From Phycisphaerales bacterium JB063 (lineage in GTDB: Bacteria > Planctomycetota > Phycisphaerae > Phycisphaerales > Phycisphaeraceae), in the NCBI GenBank assembly GCA_044439905.1, contig JBITAC010000048.1:334-64333 (forward strand): a stretch of DNA of 64,000 bases, written 5' to 3'. A model generated the notes under the pieces. The model made no database searches. It was not told the DNA's origin and saw only the letters and a list, made by a program, of their open reading frames with translations. The translations under genes were made by a program, and so were the position numbers. Below are positions 28,980 to 39,041 of the stretch, piece by piece. Position 1 is the stretch's first letter. The number at the start of each line of letters is the position of its first letter.

Positions 28980-29025
28980 AAAAAACCACATCAAGGCACA
29001 GGCGCGGGGCTGTACCTTGATGTGG
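28980..29025 (-). terminator. Intrinsic terminator of the PEP-CTERM/phosphoesterase module
   Basis: 16-bp stem CCACATCAAGG(C/T)ACAG followed on the minus strand by TTTTTT, 30 nt after the 29056 stop. Confidence 0.8.
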
Positions 29026-29055
29026 TGTGTCCCATGCCGGGCAGGCCTGTGCCAA

Positions 29056-30171
29056 TCATCGTCTACGGATCGCCGCGAGACAGACCAGGAGTATCGCCCC
29101 AGTGGTCGGCTCAGGGATGGGGCCAAAGCGTGCGTCAAAATCGAGGGGCAGGTCGAACTCGTGGGCCGAGCCGGTCCGGTACTCGTCCAGCGTGGGCGAA
29201 TAGGTTCGGACATGGATGACGCCGTTTTCCTCGTCGAACTCGTAGAGGCGGATCCACCCTTCGATCGTGCCACTGTTGTCGTCGCCCGCGTAGTCCTGGA
29301 CGATGGTGAAGACCTCGTTGCCCGACGCGTTGATCCGCGTCTGGTTGATGCGTTGCCCGGTGTGTCCGCTGAGGACCATGAAGACCTGGTCGTTGTCGGT
29401 GATGAGCTGGTCCCAGACCTCGTTGGCACTGTTGCGTCCGGGGCCGCTGAGGTAGGGGTTGCCGGGCGGTCCGTAGAGTGTGCCTTCGAAGACGTGGGTG
29501 CTGATGATGGTCGGCACGCCGGGGTTTGCGTCGAGGATGCTCTGTGCCCAGGCGATGGAGTCGTCGGGGACGTCGAGTTGGAGGTGGAGGTGGAGGTATT
29601 CGCGGTCACCACCTTCGTAACGGTAGTAGGTGTCGATGTCGTTGGAGGCGGCGCCGGCGAACTGCGGCATGTCGTCGAATCGGCCGGTGGTCGCGGGCCC
29701 GAAGTAGGACTTCCAGACCTCGAACCCGCTGGCGGGCGTGGGGGTGCCGGGGTTCGCGCCGGTCCACCAGTTGGTGCCGGGCACAAGGCCCGGTCGGACA
29801 TCGACCCAGTCGAGTTCGTGGTTCCCCACCGCGGTACCCCAGCCGACCGGCGTCGCGTCGAGGATGGACATCGCGGCGTCGGCGCGTTGCCACTGCTGCA
29901 GGTTGTTCAGGGTCGGCGCGGGGCTGCTGGGGCTTCCGTAGCCGCCGTCCTGGACAATGTCGCCGAGCTGAGTAACAAACGCGATATTGTGCTGCGCGTA
30001 GTGGTCGGCGACCCACTGCATGTTGTCTCGGAAGACCTGGCCCCCGAGGATGGTTTGTACCTGGACCTGCGTGTCGCCGACCCCGACGAGTGTCCAGGGC
30101 TGCTGCGCCTGTGCGCCAGAGCTGAGCAGGGATGACGTAACAAGGGCTGCAACAATCGCGGGATACTTCAT
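29056..30171 (-). CDS. PEP-CTERM calcineurin-like metallophosphoesterase
   Basis: Signal peptide; GDTQ, LGDIV, VGNHE, ISTH, LSGH; C-terminal PIPEPTTGAILLVCLAAIRRR. Confidence 0.88.
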   Translation of the reverse strand: MKYPAIVAALVTSSLLSSGAQAQQPWTLVGVGDTQVQVQTILGGQVFRDNMQWVADHYAQHNIAFVTQLGDIVQDGGYGSPSSPAPTLNNLQQWQRADAAMSILDATPVGWGTAVGNHELDWVDVRPGLVPGTNWWTGANPGTPTPASGFEVWKSYFGPATTGRFDDMPQFAGAASNDIDTYYRYEGGDREYLHLHLQLDVPDDSIAWAQSILDANPGVPTIISTHVFEGTLYGPPGNPYLSGPGRNSANEVWDQLITDNDQVFMVLSGHTGQRINQTRINASGNEVFTIVQDYAGDDNSGTIEGWIRLYEFDEENGVIHVRTYSPTLDEYRTGSAHEFDLPLDFDARFGPIPEPTTGAILLVCLAAIRRR

Positions 30172-30231
30172 CGGTATCTTCTCCAGTGGTCAGAACAAAG
30201 TGTGGGTAGAGGCCGGCAAGGCAACAGCGGG

Positions 30232-31137
30232 TCAGGCCAGATCGACGTCGGCCTGCTGGATGTGGCCCTCGATCTTGAGCGAGTGGTCTTCGTAGATGAG
30301 CAGCCGGCCAAAGCTGTTGTTGTCTTCGCCCGGGCCGTCGACCATCGCACGGATCACGACGTAGTCGATGCCGTTGACCTGCTCGTGGAGGTTGCGGTGT
30401 GAGTGGCCCGACATCACGAGCAAGACCTTGCCCGAGGCCTCCATGATCTCGCGGGCGGCCGCGCCGTTGCGGACATTGTGCGGGCCCTCGAGCCCGTCGA
30501 TCCGCTGATGGGTGAGTACGACGACCGGGCCCGGGGCCTCGTCGAGGCGTTCCGCGAACCACTCAAGCTGTGCCTCGGGCAGGTTCGCATCCGTCCACGA
30601 GAAGTTCCCCCGCTGGTACGGCTCGCCCTCGGACGTGAAGCACGAATCGAGGATGATGAAACGAACGCCCGCGAGGTCGAAGGTGCTGTGGGGCGACTCC
30701 ATCGCGCTGTGCTCGATGAACTCTTCCTTGGTCAGCGTGTGGACGCAATGGTTACCCAGAACGTAGTGCCGTGGTGCATCGATCCGGGCGTACTCGGCGT
30801 CGATCGTTCGCAGGTGGTTGATCTCGCCTTCCAGGTCGTTGGCGGAGTCGATGAGGTCGCCCATGACGACCGCGGCGTCGATACCGAGCGTGTTGAGGCC
30901 CGCGACGGCCGTGCGCATTTTGCCCAGCGAGTCGCGGTAGTGGCGTGTGCCCGCGGTGTCGCGGTCCGCGTAGTGGACATCGGTTAGGAAGCCGAGCCGG
31001 ACGAGCGGCGACGGGGCATCATCATTGGCCTGTGCAAACGCGAGCGGGAGACGCCCCGCTAGACAGCCCCCGGCGAGGACAAGCCCGGTGCGGCCGAGGA
31101 ACGAACGGCGGGTGGACAGAAAATCATGAGTCGGCAT
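30232..31137 (-). CDS. Tat-exported calcineurin-like metallophosphoesterase
   Basis: STRRSFL twin-Arg signal; TDVH, MGDLID, LGNHC, LTHQ, SGHSH. Confidence 0.9.
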   Translation of the reverse strand: MPTHDFLSTRRSFLGRTGLVLAGGCLAGRLPLAFAQANDDAPSPLVRLGFLTDVHYADRDTAGTRHYRDSLGKMRTAVAGLNTLGIDAAVVMGDLIDSANDLEGEINHLRTIDAEYARIDAPRHYVLGNHCVHTLTKEEFIEHSAMESPHSTFDLAGVRFIILDSCFTSEGEPYQRGNFSWTDANLPEAQLEWFAERLDEAPGPVVVLTHQRIDGLEGPHNVRNGAAAREIMEASGKVLLVMSGHSHRNLHEQVNGIDYVVIRAMVDGPGEDNNSFGRLLIYEDHSLKIEGHIQQADVDLA

Positions 31138-31196
31138 CGGGGGCTCCAAGCCAGGGGTACAGATAAAACACTGAGTCAAGAACACACGCCCAGCGC

Positions 31197-31943
31197 TCAA
31201 GGGTTGGCGGGGTATTCGCTGTTGGGCGGGAGGTAGACCTGCCCAAAGCCATTGGGCCGGTTGTGCATCTCGTCGAGCTGAAGGAAGTGGGCGCTGCCGT
31301 CGGCAAAGACGTTGGCGACGTTTTCGACACTGGAGGTGGTGTCGGAGGACCACTGCGCGTAGGACGGCCCGAGCGACGGGTCCCCCGAATCGTCCCAGAC
31401 CCCCGACGCGCGCTTGACGTGGCTGGCGCGCATATTGCCCCAGCCCGAGACGAAGGCGGCGTGCTCGGCCCAGAGGGCGTCGTCAGAGGACGCGGTCAGG
31501 TTACGGATGGGCGAGACGTATCCCGAGTTGTTGTAGTTGGCCATGTAGACATAGTTCCAGCGGGCGCTGATGTTGATCTCAGGGTCGGGCGGATCGTGCT
31601 GCGGGGCGACGGGGCAGACGAAGACCTCGGGGGACTCACTCAGGTGGTCGAGGAGAACATCGGCGAGGTTGAACAGTGTGCCATCGGGGTTGAGTGCGCT
31701 AAAGGCGTAGAAGTACGGCAGGCCGTTGCCGCCGCTGCCGGGGTTGTCGGGGAAGTTGCCTTTGTTTTCGACGGCATGGCTGGTGAGTCCGATGCCGACC
31801 TGTCGGTGGTTGTTGAGGCACTGGGTCATGCGTGCGGAGCGTCTGGCCGCGCCCAGCGCGGGGAGAAGGATCGCGATCAGGAGCGCGATGATCGAGATGA
31901 CTACGAGCAGTTCGATGAGGGTGAAGCCGTGAGGGCGTCGCAT
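31197..31943 (-). CDS. Prepilin-type N-terminal cleavage/methylation protein (DUF1559-like, H-X9-DG motif)
   Basis: [29 protein letters not shown]...CLNNHRQ; C-terminal [11 protein letters not shown]. Confidence 0.92.
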   Translation of the reverse strand: MRRPHGFTLIELLVVISIIALLIAILLPALGAARRSARMTQCLNNHRQVGIGLTSHAVENKGNFPDNPGSGGNGLPYFYAFSALNPDGTLFNLADVLLDHLSESPEVFVCPVAPQHDPPDPEINISARWNYVYMANYNNSGYVSPIRNLTASSDDALWAEHAAFVSGWGNMRASHVKRASGVWDDSGDPSLGPSYAQWSSDTTSSVENVANVFADGSAHFLQLDEMHNRPNGFGQVYLPPNSEYPANP

Positions 31944-32021
31944 GAGAGGACTCCAAGAGGGTTGTTGATGACAAAAACACGCGCCGCCGCGCGAACGGCG
32001 ACACGGTGAAGGAGGAGTGGG

Positions 32022-32720
32022 TTAGGCGCGGCGTCGGCGCAGCATGGCCATAGCGCTCAGGCCCAGGAGCGCGAGCGAGCCGGGCTCGGGGATCTCGGCG
32101 ATATCGCCGATGGTTAGATTGTCGAAGGACATCGTTGAGCCGAAGTCTTCGACGCCGATGAACAGGTCCTGCGAGCCGACGGCCGCGAGGGTGTAGGTGT
32201 CCAACACGGTGAACCCGCCGCCGTCGTCATACCCGACCGAGAAGCTGGTGTCGGTGTTGCGGAGGATGTACATCGTGACCTCGGTGTCGGCGAGCACGGG
32301 GGCGTAGGCGATGGTGCCGGGGGACGAACCGTCTTCGTAGGGGCGAGAGACCAGCGTGTTGGAGTCTGTAAAGCCCAGGCGGATACCGTCTTCGCTGCCG
32401 GTGCCGGGGTGGCGGGTGGTCGTCGAGACCGCGAGGTAGAAGTTCGTGGGCTGCCCGGGGAGGACATCGACGCTGACATACTCGCCGGCCTCAAGGTTGG
32501 CGGTGTTGTGGAAGACGTCGAACGTACGGCCGCCCGACGCATCGACATTGAGCGTCCCGCCGGTGACATCGAACCCGCCGCCGGCGCCGCCGTAGGTCAC
32601 GGTGCCGGTGTAGTTGAGGGAGGTGTCGGACGAGAAGTCGTCGAAGAAGGCGGCGCCCAGTGCGGGCTGCGCGACGAGTGCACCGAGTCCGAGGGCCAGG
32701 GGGGTGGTCTTGCTAAACAT
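32022..32720 (-). CDS. PEP-CTERM exported protein
   Basis: Signal peptide; C-terminal EIPEPGSLALLGLSAMAMLRRRRA; AGGAG RBS before ATG 32720. Confidence 0.9.
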   Translation of the reverse strand: MFSKTTPLALGLGALVAQPALGAAFFDDFSSDTSLNYTGTVTYGGAGGGFDVTGGTLNVDASGGRTFDVFHNTANLEAGEYVSVDVLPGQPTNFYLAVSTTTRHPGTGSEDGIRLGFTDSNTLVSRPYEDGSSPGTIAYAPVLADTEVTMYILRNTDTSFSVGYDDGGGFTVLDTYTLAAVGSQDLFIGVEDFGSTMSFDNLTIGDIAEIPEPGSLALLGLSAMAMLRRRRA

Positions 32721-32811
32721 TTCAATCGCTCCTAAAGGAAAAGAGTGTTTGGGCGAAGAGCCCGTGTCAGAAATCCGCATCGCGGGGGTTGGGCAACGCT
32801 GCCCGTGAGAG

Positions 32812-34521
32812 TTAGTCAGTGATCGACTCCAGCCGGAGGTTGTCAAAGCGGAAGGTTCGGCCGCGGTACCAGGAAAACGCTTCGACGCCAACGCTGATCG
32901 GCGCGTCCGCGTCGAGCCCGCGGTGTGTCTTTTCGCCGATGAGTTGCCAGTCCGACGCGCCTTGGTACTTCACCCAGAACGCGAAGCGGTTGGGCCCGAC
33001 CCTGCCGATCGCGAGCTGTGCGGGGACACCCGTGCATTCGAGGTCGTACGGGGTCGCCTCGCTGGGAAGTGCGCCGTCGTCCTCGATACGCAGCGCCTGC
33101 TTCGTAAAGTCCCATCGCAGGCGGAAGCCGCGGGCGTCGTTGCGCATCGGGTTCTCGGCTGCGCGGGGCCCCGGCTGGGCGGCGTCGGTCGAGATCGCGA
33201 GGAACACCGTGCGCTGGTCGTCGTCGGGCGAGTCGGGGTCAGCCACCCAATCCACGACCCATCGCATCCCGACGGGCAGGCCCAGCTCGCTTGGCTTCAT
33301 GTAGCAGCAGACGGTGTTGTTCCCGCCGGGCTCAAGCTCCAGTCGGCCGGCGGTGATGCGTGCCTGGCCCAGCGTGCTGCCCTCGGTCATGTACCCTTGG
33401 CCCACGACGAATCGATCGAGGACCGCCGACTCGTCGAACGTTTCGTCGATCAGGATGTGCCCACGGGCGAACTGCGCGAACCCGGTGAAGTCGGCCGGCA
33501 GGTCGTTGGGCATCGGCATGTTCGCCTCGACCAGCGTCGGCCGATCGGCGCGGGCGAGGAGGCGGTCGGCCTGTCGGATGTCGATATGCTCGTGGCCGTG
33601 CCGGTACTCCGCGGTACCCGAGAAGACGTACGACGCGATCTGATCCTGGCCGACGTGCATCCCGAGCTGCGCGCCCCGGCTCGAAATCTGTCGCGCCCCG
33701 ACATCGACCTGGAAGGTGCCGCTGTCGCTTGGGATTTCGCAGAGGATCTTGCCGGTGGCGACCGACAAGCCGTTGCTGCGCGTCAAGGCGATCTCGGCCG
33801 GGGCGAGCACGGTAACGACCGCGCCGCCGGGGTAGACGAGCTCCGCAACGCCGCGGGTCAGGCGGTAGGTGCCCGTGGTGAGCCCGGCATCGCTGTCCGC
33901 CAACACATCGGGGCGCAGGCCCCAGGTCGGCGTCGAACGCGGCGAGAGCACCACCCCGCTGTCGGCGGCCTCGGTGTCGTGGGACGGCGTCCCCGGATTG
34001 ACGCCGTGATCGACAACCTGCGGGACCGTGTCATCCTTGCGGTCGGTGGTGAACCAGACCGTGAGGATTGCCAGCAGCGCGACCCCGGCCGCAACCATCA
34101 GGCGAGAAAACGTCTTACTTTCGGGGGCACCCAACTGCTCACGCTGCCGGGCCCGCATGGCGGCCTGACGCCGGCGCTGCCGCTTCTCTTGCGACTCACG
34201 CTCTCGGACCAGGTCGGTCGCATCGACCAGGCGGGCATGGCTCGACGAGGCCTCCAACGCGACCAACTCTTCAAGCCACGCGTCCGGGTCGCTTTCGTCT
34301 TCCAGCCCGAGCACCTGTTCGTCGTCGTGCTCACTGAGCAGGTCGTCGACCTCGACCGCGCCCCGGCACTGGTCACGCATCGCTACGTCGAAACGCACTG
34401 CCTGGATAAACGCTTTTGCCAACACGGGGTCACGGGTGAGCCGATCACTGAACTGCGCCATCGACTGGGCGTCCATCGTCCGGTCGAGGTACGCATCAAT
34501 GTGCGGGTCGTGCTTGGTCAT
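32812..34521 (-). CDS. FecR-like anti-sigma / transmembrane sensor
   Basis: N-terminal IDAYLD anti-sigma helix, a single TM segment, the FecR-like YRLTRGVAELVYPGGAVVTVLAPA region and a C-terminal beta-sandwich. Start overlaps the sigma stop. Confidence 0.85.
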   Translation of the reverse strand: MTKHDPHIDAYLDRTMDAQSMAQFSDRLTRDPVLAKAFIQAVRFDVAMRDQCRGAVEVDDLLSEHDDEQVLGLEDESDPDAWLEELVALEASSSHARLVDATDLVRERESQEKRQRRRQAAMRARQREQLGAPESKTFSRLMVAAGVALLAILTVWFTTDRKDDTVPQVVDHGVNPGTPSHDTEAADSGVVLSPRSTPTWGLRPDVLADSDAGLTTGTYRLTRGVAELVYPGGAVVTVLAPAEIALTRSNGLSVATGKILCEIPSDSGTFQVDVGARQISSRGAQLGMHVGQDQIASYVFSGTAEYRHGHEHIDIRQADRLLARADRPTLVEANMPMPNDLPADFTGFAQFARGHILIDETFDESAVLDRFVVGQGYMTEGSTLGQARITAGRLELEPGGNNTVCCYMKPSELGLPVGMRWVVDWVADPDSPDDDQRTVFLAISTDAAQPGPRAAENPMRNDARGFRLRWDFTKQALRIEDDGALPSEATPYDLECTGVPAQLAIGRVGPNRFAFWVKYQGASDWQLIGEKTHRGLDADAPISVGVEAFSWYRGRTFRFDNLRLESITD

Positions 34522-35072
34522 TGCTGCCCCCCCCGCCGATTGAGTTCATAGTTGACGCACTCACGCAGGAGCTTGCGCGTACGGTGCAGGATGGAGCCGA
34601 CCGTACCCCGGGCGATGGAGAGCTGCTCGGCGACCGCGTCGAGCTTCTTGCCGTCCCGGTAAAACAGCTCGACGACCTGCTTGCTCCGGCCACGCAGCCG
34701 ACCCATGCACTGAGCCAGCGCGGCACGCATCTCCGACCCCGTGTCCTCGCCAAGCTGTTTATGGACCTCGGCAAGCGCTTCGACCGCACTCTCGGAAAAG
34801 ACCAGACGGGTATCACGGCTCTTTTCCCGCCGATACCGCATGACCTCGATATGCGCAATCCCCACAACCCACGAGGTAAACGACCGGGTCTCGTCGAAAT
34901 CTTCAAACTTACGCACCGCGGCGACGGCGGTCCGCTGGAGCAGATCCTCGGCGTCGTGGTGGTCATACACCAGCGATGCAAGGTACGCCGCGACCGCGGG
35001 CTGGGAGCGCGTCCACATCCCCGAGATCTGCTCGATGCGCCTGTCGACCTGGTTATCGCCTGGGCTGGGCAA
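34518..35072 (-). CDS. ECF sigma-70 factor (Rhodopirellula/Verrucomicrobium type)
   Basis: WTRSQPAVAAYL...DAEDLLQ...SFTSWVVGIA...LAQCMGRL...LHRTRKLLRECV. TTG start at 35072 is preceded by AGGAG (start inferred). Confidence 0.9.
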   Translation of the reverse strand: MPSPGDNQVDRRIEQISGMWTRSQPAVAAYLASLVYDHHDAEDLLQRTAVAAVRKFEDFDETRSFTSWVVGIAHIEVMRYRREKSRDTRLVFSESAVEALAEVHKQLGEDTGSEMRAALAQCMGRLRGRSKQVVELFYRDGKKLDAVAEQLSIARGTVGSILHRTRKLLRECVNYELNRRGGQQ

Positions 35073-35298
35073 AACGTGTCTCCTACAAAGTGTCCACCGA
35101 TACCGACCGATGTTTGCACGCAAAACGTCAGTTTTTTTGAAACCCCGGCTCATCGGCTCCGAAACGGGTCGCCTAGCTGATTGCTTACAAAACGAAGGAT
35201 ACATGAGCACGATGAGGACTGGACGCTGGGCGGACCGGGGTGCTACCCTGCGGCCGGGCGCCGGGGGCTGTAACACTTTTGTATTGGATACGAGGCCT

Positions 35299-36894
35299 AT
35301 GTCACGCAAGCAGCGGCGAGCACAAGCCAAGGCCCGAGGCCAGCGAAAGGTCGATCGGCCCGGCCAGCGCGCAGGCGGCGTCGACGAGGCCCGCCTCGCG
35401 GCCGCGCGTGGGATGCTGCAGTCGGGTCTTTTTGCGCAGGGGTATGCGGCCTACCGGTCGCTGATTTTCGATCCGCCGGGCTCGGCGGCACTGGTGCCCG
35501 AGCTGGTGCAGCTACTTTTCCAGCGCGGCGCATTGGCAGAGGCCGAGGCGCTGGCGACGCGGGCGTCCGAGCGGTTTCCCGCGGACGCGGCGGTTTGGCT
35601 GCAGCTCGGGCATGCGCGACAGAAGATCGGCCGCGCCGATAAGGCGATCGAGGCCTACCAGCGGTCGCTTGCGCTCGAGCCGGGCTCCGCGCACGCCTGG
35701 GCCGCGATCGCGCAGGTACACGAGCGCCTGCATCGGCCCGACGCGGCGCTCGAGGCGATTGACAAGGCCATCGCTCTGCTCCCCACGTCCTACCCGCTGG
35801 CACACTGTCGCGGGGTGATCCTCCGCCGGCTGGGTCAAGCGGACGAGGCGATGCGAATCCAGCGGGGGGTGTTGGATGATGCGCCCGAGCGAGACGCCGC
35901 GATGCGACATGCCGCGTGGCGTGAGCTGTCGCTGCTCCATCATGCGGGCGGCGACACCGAGGCATCACGCCGTGCGCTCGCCAGCGCAAAGGAGGCGCAG
36001 GCCCCACTCCGCGCGCCTTACCTCAATTCGTTCGCGGGTTATCAACGGGAAGTCGCCAGACGCTTTGCCGGATTCGACGCGGACGTGGCGCAGGCGTGGT
36101 CTCGGGACATGACATCTCATGCGGAAGCGCCGCCCACCCGCCATGCGTTCATCGTCGGCCACCCGCGCTCGGGCACGACACTCACCGAGCAAGTGCTTGC
36201 CGCCCACCGCGGCGTGCTGACGCTCGATGAGCGAGAGGTGCTCCCGCATGTCGAGGCAAGCGTGTTCAACGGGCCGCCAACGATCGATCAGCTCGACCGC
36301 GTTTCACCGCAGCAGCGCGAGACATTGGGCCAGTTGTATGGCGCAGAGGCCGAGCGGTATCTCGGCGGATCGATCGGGGGCCGGCTGCTGATCGACAAAC
36401 GCCCCGACACCCTGCTGATGTGGCCGACGCTGCTGCGCATGATGCCTGCGAGCAAAGTGTTAGTCGTAATCCGCGACCCGCGTGATGTCTGTGCGAGCTG
36501 CTACCGCCAGGGGTTCGAGCTCGGGGTGATCAGCGCGCAGTTCCACAGTATCGCATCGGCCTGCGGCTACTACGCATGGTTCATGTCGCACTGGTTATTA
36601 CTGCGGGACTTGCTCCCCGCATCAATGTGGCTGGAAGTGCGCTATGAATCATTGGTTTCAGATTGCGAAGGCACCGCGCGGGCGGTGACGGATTTCCTGG
36701 GCCTGGAGTGGGATGACGCCGTCATGTCCTATCAGGACCTTGCCTCGCAACGCCTCATCTCGACCCCTAGCTACACCGCGGTTTCGCAGCGTCCGCACAC
36801 CGACGCGATCGGCGGCTGGCGGGCCTTTGCAGAGGAGTTCGAGGCGTCCAAACCTGTGCTACGCCCCTATCTTGACGCGTTTGATTATGCGTAA
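35299..36894 (+). CDS. TPR-repeat protein with C-terminal sulfotransferase domain
   Basis: N-terminal TPRs; FIVGHPRSGTTLTEQVLAAH, IDKRP, RDPRDVCASC, VRYESLV, ISTPSY. Confidence 0.88.
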   Translation: MSRKQRRAQAKARGQRKVDRPGQRAGGVDEARLAAARGMLQSGLFAQGYAAYRSLIFDPPGSAALVPELVQLLFQRGALAEAEALATRASERFPADAAVWLQLGHARQKIGRADKAIEAYQRSLALEPGSAHAWAAIAQVHERLHRPDAALEAIDKAIALLPTSYPLAHCRGVILRRLGQADEAMRIQRGVLDDAPERDAAMRHAAWRELSLLHHAGGDTEASRRALASAKEAQAPLRAPYLNSFAGYQREVARRFAGFDADVAQAWSRDMTSHAEAPPTRHAFIVGHPRSGTTLTEQVLAAHRGVLTLDEREVLPHVEASVFNGPPTIDQLDRVSPQQRETLGQLYGAEAERYLGGSIGGRLLIDKRPDTLLMWPTLLRMMPASKVLVVIRDPRDVCASCYRQGFELGVISAQFHSIASACGYYAWFMSHWLLLRDLLPASMWLEVRYESLVSDCEGTARAVTDFLGLEWDDAVMSYQDLASQRLISTPSYTAVSQRPHTDAIGGWRAFAEEFEASKPVLRPYLDAFDYA

Positions 36895-37183
36895 CGGCCA
36901 CAGGGCCGCCCTAAGCTCTGCCACAACGATTGCGCACGCCAATTCTAACTCAGGCCACCCTGACTTAGCCCCATCAACCGACAACCACACAATCCCAAAC
37001 CTGCCGGGGGCATCTCGCATACCCGCTGATGAAGGAGACCGCCAAAGAGCGCAAACTTGCTGCGGACTGCCAGCGGCGCTCGAGGCGATCAACGTCAGCA
37101 TTGCCGTACACCCGGTCCCCAGGGTGGGTGGCATCGCCTCAGTTGGCCGCACCGCCCCACGCCCCATCTACCCCACCGGGGAT

Positions 37184-38380
37184 CTATCGATCGGGCCCAT
37201 CGTCTTGCGTCAACACCGCGAAGCAGCCGAGGTGTCGGCCCGACTCGTCGAGCTGCGCGTGGGAGACGACATCAAACCCGACCGGGCTGCCATCGGCATG
37301 AAGCAGCCGGACGTGATACATGTTCGTCCGGGCCTTGGTCTCCTGATAAATGTGGCAGGCAAAGTCCGCCCGATCATCCGGGTAGACCAGATCGATCACG
37401 TTCACCTTCCCCATCAGGTCGCCGGCGTTCCGCTCCAGCGTCTCCGCTAGGCTCGCGTTGATAAACATGATCAGCCCCTCGTCATCCACACCGCAGAATC
37501 CGTCGGCACTGCGGGAAACCAGAGAGTGGAAGATCGAGTTCGCCTGGCCCAGTTCCTGAGTGCGTTTCTCAACCTCTGACTCGAGGTCTTCACTGAGCTC
37601 ACGGACCCGGTCGCTGATCGCGAGCTGGGTCAGCTCTGCAGCGGCGCGCGGCGCGAACATGCTCAAAATCGTATCGATATGGTCCGGATTGGCGATCTGC
37701 TGATCGTCGAGGACGGACATCAGCCCGATCGCATTGCCCTGCTGGTCCTCGAGCCGGACCCCGATGTAGCTCTGGTCCCCCAGCTCATCGAGGTAGGTGT
37801 CTTGAGGAAACTTCTTCGCGAGCCCACCGACGAAACAGGCCCGGCCCGAGAGCAAGACGTCCTCGCAAGGCGTAAAACGCGCGAAGTACTTCTCGGGGTC
37901 GAGCATCACGCCCTGATTGCACAAGGCAAGGGTCTGCAGGACCTGCTCGCCGCCCTCGTAGCTCAGCGCACAGATCGTCGCGGACCGTACCCCGAGCACG
38001 CGCGTAAGCGAGAGCACCAGCCGACGCAGGAAGCTGGGCCCGGTCGCGGAAAACACCTCGTCGTTGATCTGCTGGAAGTGACGCAGCGTCAGCGACCGCC
38101 CCTCCAGCTCACGACGGGCCGAGGAGATTTTCGCAGACTCGGCCTGGGACTCCGCGATCGAGACCTCGATCGGCGCGAGCCCGCTCGCGATCGCGATCCG
38201 CGTGAGCTCGACACGGTTGGACGCATCAAGCTTCCGCCCCAGCGAGAGCCGGTGCGTCTCGATGGTCTTCAGCGAGCGGTGAAGCTTCTGCGCGATCTCA
38301 GGGAGCGACAGCCCCTGGGCCACAAGGGTCAGGACCTCGCGTTCACGCGGGGTCAGCGATTCAAGCGTGTCTACGACCAT
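37184..38380 (-). CDS. LuxR-HTH / GAF / PAS one-component regulator
   Basis: N-terminal LTPREREVLTLVAQG...HRLSLGRKL, then a GAF region (TPCEDVL, SYIGVRL, AAAEL) and a PAS region (FINASLAE, LVYPDD). Confidence 0.85.
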   Translation of the reverse strand: MVVDTLESLTPREREVLTLVAQGLSLPEIAQKLHRSLKTIETHRLSLGRKLDASNRVELTRIAIASGLAPIEVSIAESQAESAKISSARRELEGRSLTLRHFQQINDEVFSATGPSFLRRLVLSLTRVLGVRSATICALSYEGGEQVLQTLALCNQGVMLDPEKYFARFTPCEDVLLSGRACFVGGLAKKFPQDTYLDELGDQSYIGVRLEDQQGNAIGLMSVLDDQQIANPDHIDTILSMFAPRAAAELTQLAISDRVRELSEDLESEVEKRTQELGQANSIFHSLVSRSADGFCGVDDEGLIMFINASLAETLERNAGDLMGKVNVIDLVYPDDRADFACHIYQETKARTNMYHVRLLHADGSPVGFDVVSHAQLDESGRHLGCFAVLTQDDGPDR

Positions 38381-38503
38381 AGTGCTCCTCCACCAAGTGT
38401 GGATGAACCGGCAACGCACACCGCTGCACGGCGTGCACAAAGCCCCCAACCCCCATAGTCGAAGCTACAACGCCCGGGAAAGAGCGTTGCTAGTCAATAC
38501 AGA

Positions 38504-38911
38504 CTAGTCGTACCGGAAGACGCCCTTACGCCACGCGTAGACAAACGCGATGACCGTTGTGAGCACAAAGAAGAGCATGCGGCCCAGGAACATCAGGTCG
38601 AGCCCGCTGTCCACCGCCTCGCCCCCAAGCGAGGGGAACGTCACCGCCCAAGGATACAGAAACACGATTTCGACATCGAACAACAGAAACGTCATCGCCA
38701 GGATAAAGAACCGCACGTTGAAGCGTCGGCGGGCCGACCCCAGCGGGTTCATCCCCGACTCGTAGACCGTGCCCTTGACCTCCCCCTTGCGGGAAGGCCC
38801 GAGGAACGTGGTCAGCGTGAGGTTCGCGACACCAAAGCCGATCGCCATCAACAGCAGGACGCCCAGCGCGGCGTAGTGGTTGAACGAGGACTCGGCGAGC
38901 GTGGTCAGCAT
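38504..38911 (-). CDS. nuoA: NADH-quinone oxidoreductase subunit A
   Basis: YESGMNPLG...RFNVRFFILAMTFLLFDVEIVFLYPWA...AWRKGVF. Confidence 0.95.
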   Translation of the reverse strand: MLTTLAESSFNHYAALGVLLLMAIGFGVANLTLTTFLGPSRKGEVKGTVYESGMNPLGSARRRFNVRFFILAMTFLLFDVEIVFLYPWAVTFPSLGGEAVDSGLDLMFLGRMLFFVLTTVIAFVYAWRKGVFRYD

Positions 38912-39041
38912 GCCCCCATCATACCAGCACACCCGACCCCACACGAACGAAAACTCGGGTTTCACAAAACGCCCATCCAACACACTCAAAACCCCTTCCC
39001 TTCATCAACGACACCGCGACCCCAGCGGCTAAACTACCGCC

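Noticed and set aside
34741-35298. N-terminal 186-aa extension of the TPR-sulfotransferase ORF
   Set aside because: It overlaps the ECF sigma gene on the opposite strand; ATG 35299 is the plausible start.
36895-37183. Possible small gene or remnant between the sulfotransferase and the LuxR-GAF-PAS gene
   Set aside because: No frame gave a recognisable motif or a plausible start and RBS.
28450-38500. attR direct repeat of the tRNA-Glu 3' end delimiting an intact island
   Set aside because: I could not find a second copy of GGTTCAAATCCCGTAGGGGTCA by eye, and the integrase is decayed. Likewise no tRNA-Val repeat is seen within the window.
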